Shown here one piece after another: positions 63,290-64,000 of a stretch of 64,000 nt of DNA. Positions within the stretch are counted from its first letter, which is position 1; each line of letters begins with the position of its first letter. The notes below the pieces were generated by a model that saw only the letters and a program-made list of their open reading frames with translations, had not been told where the DNA came from and did no database searches. Source of the stretch: an uncultured Candidatus Saccharibacteria bacterium (GTDB lineage Bacteria; Patescibacteriota; Doudnabacteria; UBA920); assembly GCA_964536745.1 (NCBI GenBank), contig CAZHYL010000001.1, positions 76,961-140,960 of the forward strand, given 5' to 3'. The position numbers were made by a program, and so were the translations under genes.

Positions 63290-63857
63290 TATGATCGATC
63301 ACTCCCTCCCAATATTGATCAAACTGGAAATTCGTTCCTTGAGCTAATTGTGCAGCTCTCCAAAGAATAAGCGGGATAAGCTTCATAGCAGGGTGCTCAA
63401 GCGACATGTCATCTAGCAACCTATTATACAATCCTGCTTGAATGATATTTGGGCCATGACCACGCCCATGCACGCGAGGGTAACCCTGTCCTCCGATAAT
63501 CTTTAGCAGTGGTTCAGCCTCAAAGACAGTATCGATGTACTCTACATTAAGTGCGGAGCCCCAAAGAACAAAAACATTGCGATTAAGCCAAACACGAAAA
63601 CCAATTGATGCTGGGTAACCAGTTAAAATATGCCTAAAATTAAGGGATTGGACCTGCCAATCACTACCACCATTTCTGGTTTTATAGATCTCGCCTTCAC
63701 CTAGATATCGCGACAGCTCTTCAAAAATTCGAACAGGAATTGCAGAAAATGAGCCATCCCATTGATCAGGTTCAGTAAGACTACCGCTTGTTTGTTCAAA
63801 CATATCCAGACTCTCTAATTGCCCTTCAGAAAAGTGAAATTTATCGTTGCCCATCAT
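63273..63857 (-). CDS. Hypothetical protein (194 aa)
   Basis: Trp-rich soluble protein with no recognised motif; strong SD (aaggagg) upstream of the ATG. Confidence 0.5.
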   Translation of the reverse strand: MMGNDKFHFSEGQLESLDMFEQTSGSLTEPDQWDGSFSAIPVRIFEELSRYLGEGEIYKTRNGGSDWQVQSLNFRHILTGYPASIGFRVWLNRNVFVLWGSALNVEYIDTVFEAEPLLKIIGGQGYPRVHGRGHGPNIIQAGLYNRLLDDMSLEHPAMKLIPLILWRAAQLAQGTNFQFDQYWEGVIDHKRLTD

Positions 63858-63967
63858 GCCTCCTTATTGTAGAACACCTAATCTTACTCTAAACACCACC
63901 TCAGGTCAAGGTATTGATTTAACATCATATTTTTGTTAAAATAGTCTAGTATTCAAAATACAATATT

Positions 63968-64000
63968 CGGGAGTAGCTCAGCGGTAGAGCTATCGGCTGT
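63968..64000 (+). tRNA. tRNA, 5' portion only (runs off the window); anticodon begins GU-
   Basis: UAGCUCAGCGGUAGAGC D-arm, then the anticodon stem and loop ...cuGU; identity undetermined. Confidence 0.5.

Overview
A 64-kb, low-GC (~36-40% by eye), gene-dense bacterial chromosomal segment using the standard genetic code (TGA is a stop, e.g. the sigma-factor gene ends in TGA). The gene content fits a reduced-genome Gram-positive-like or CPR/Patescibacteria (Saccharibacteria-like) organism: a type-2 IleRS, a Mollicutes-like tmRNA tag, a CIRCE operator, a type IV pilin operon and a VirD4-less type IV secretion-like cluster. The housekeeping backbone is lemA-htpX, recX, a ClpC-type Hsp100 with a CIRCE operator, comFC, an ECF sigma/anti-sigma pair bracketed by two tRNA-Ser genes, tRNA-Arg, recG, radA, ksgA, uvrD/pcrA, recO, ileS, argS, smpB, a tmRNA gene that the ORF track mis-reads as protein, csp, mntH, infC-rpmI-rplT, nrdR-nrdA-nrdB with tandem NrdR boxes, and a hydroxypyruvate reductase/glycerate kinase pair. 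The main accessory feature is a ~14-kb minus-strand operon (13522-27773) encoding a type IV secretion-like apparatus. It contains VirB4 split into two translationally coupled ORFs, a VirB3/PrgI-like protein, a 1339-aa VirB6-like giant, several secreted proteins including one with a triple Cys-rich repeat, and a 35-bp palindrome upstream. It has no VirD4, VirB11 or relaxase. Other accessory items are a type IV pilin operon with a 586-aa pilin-like protein (60196-63186), a repeat-rich three-gene surface/regulatory module (50098-52175), a membrane-anchored PLD-like nuclease, a Cas2-fold/PaaX-like small regulator, and a GC-rich orphan gene next to the tmRNA. No CRISPR array, rRNA, integrase or transposase was recognised.
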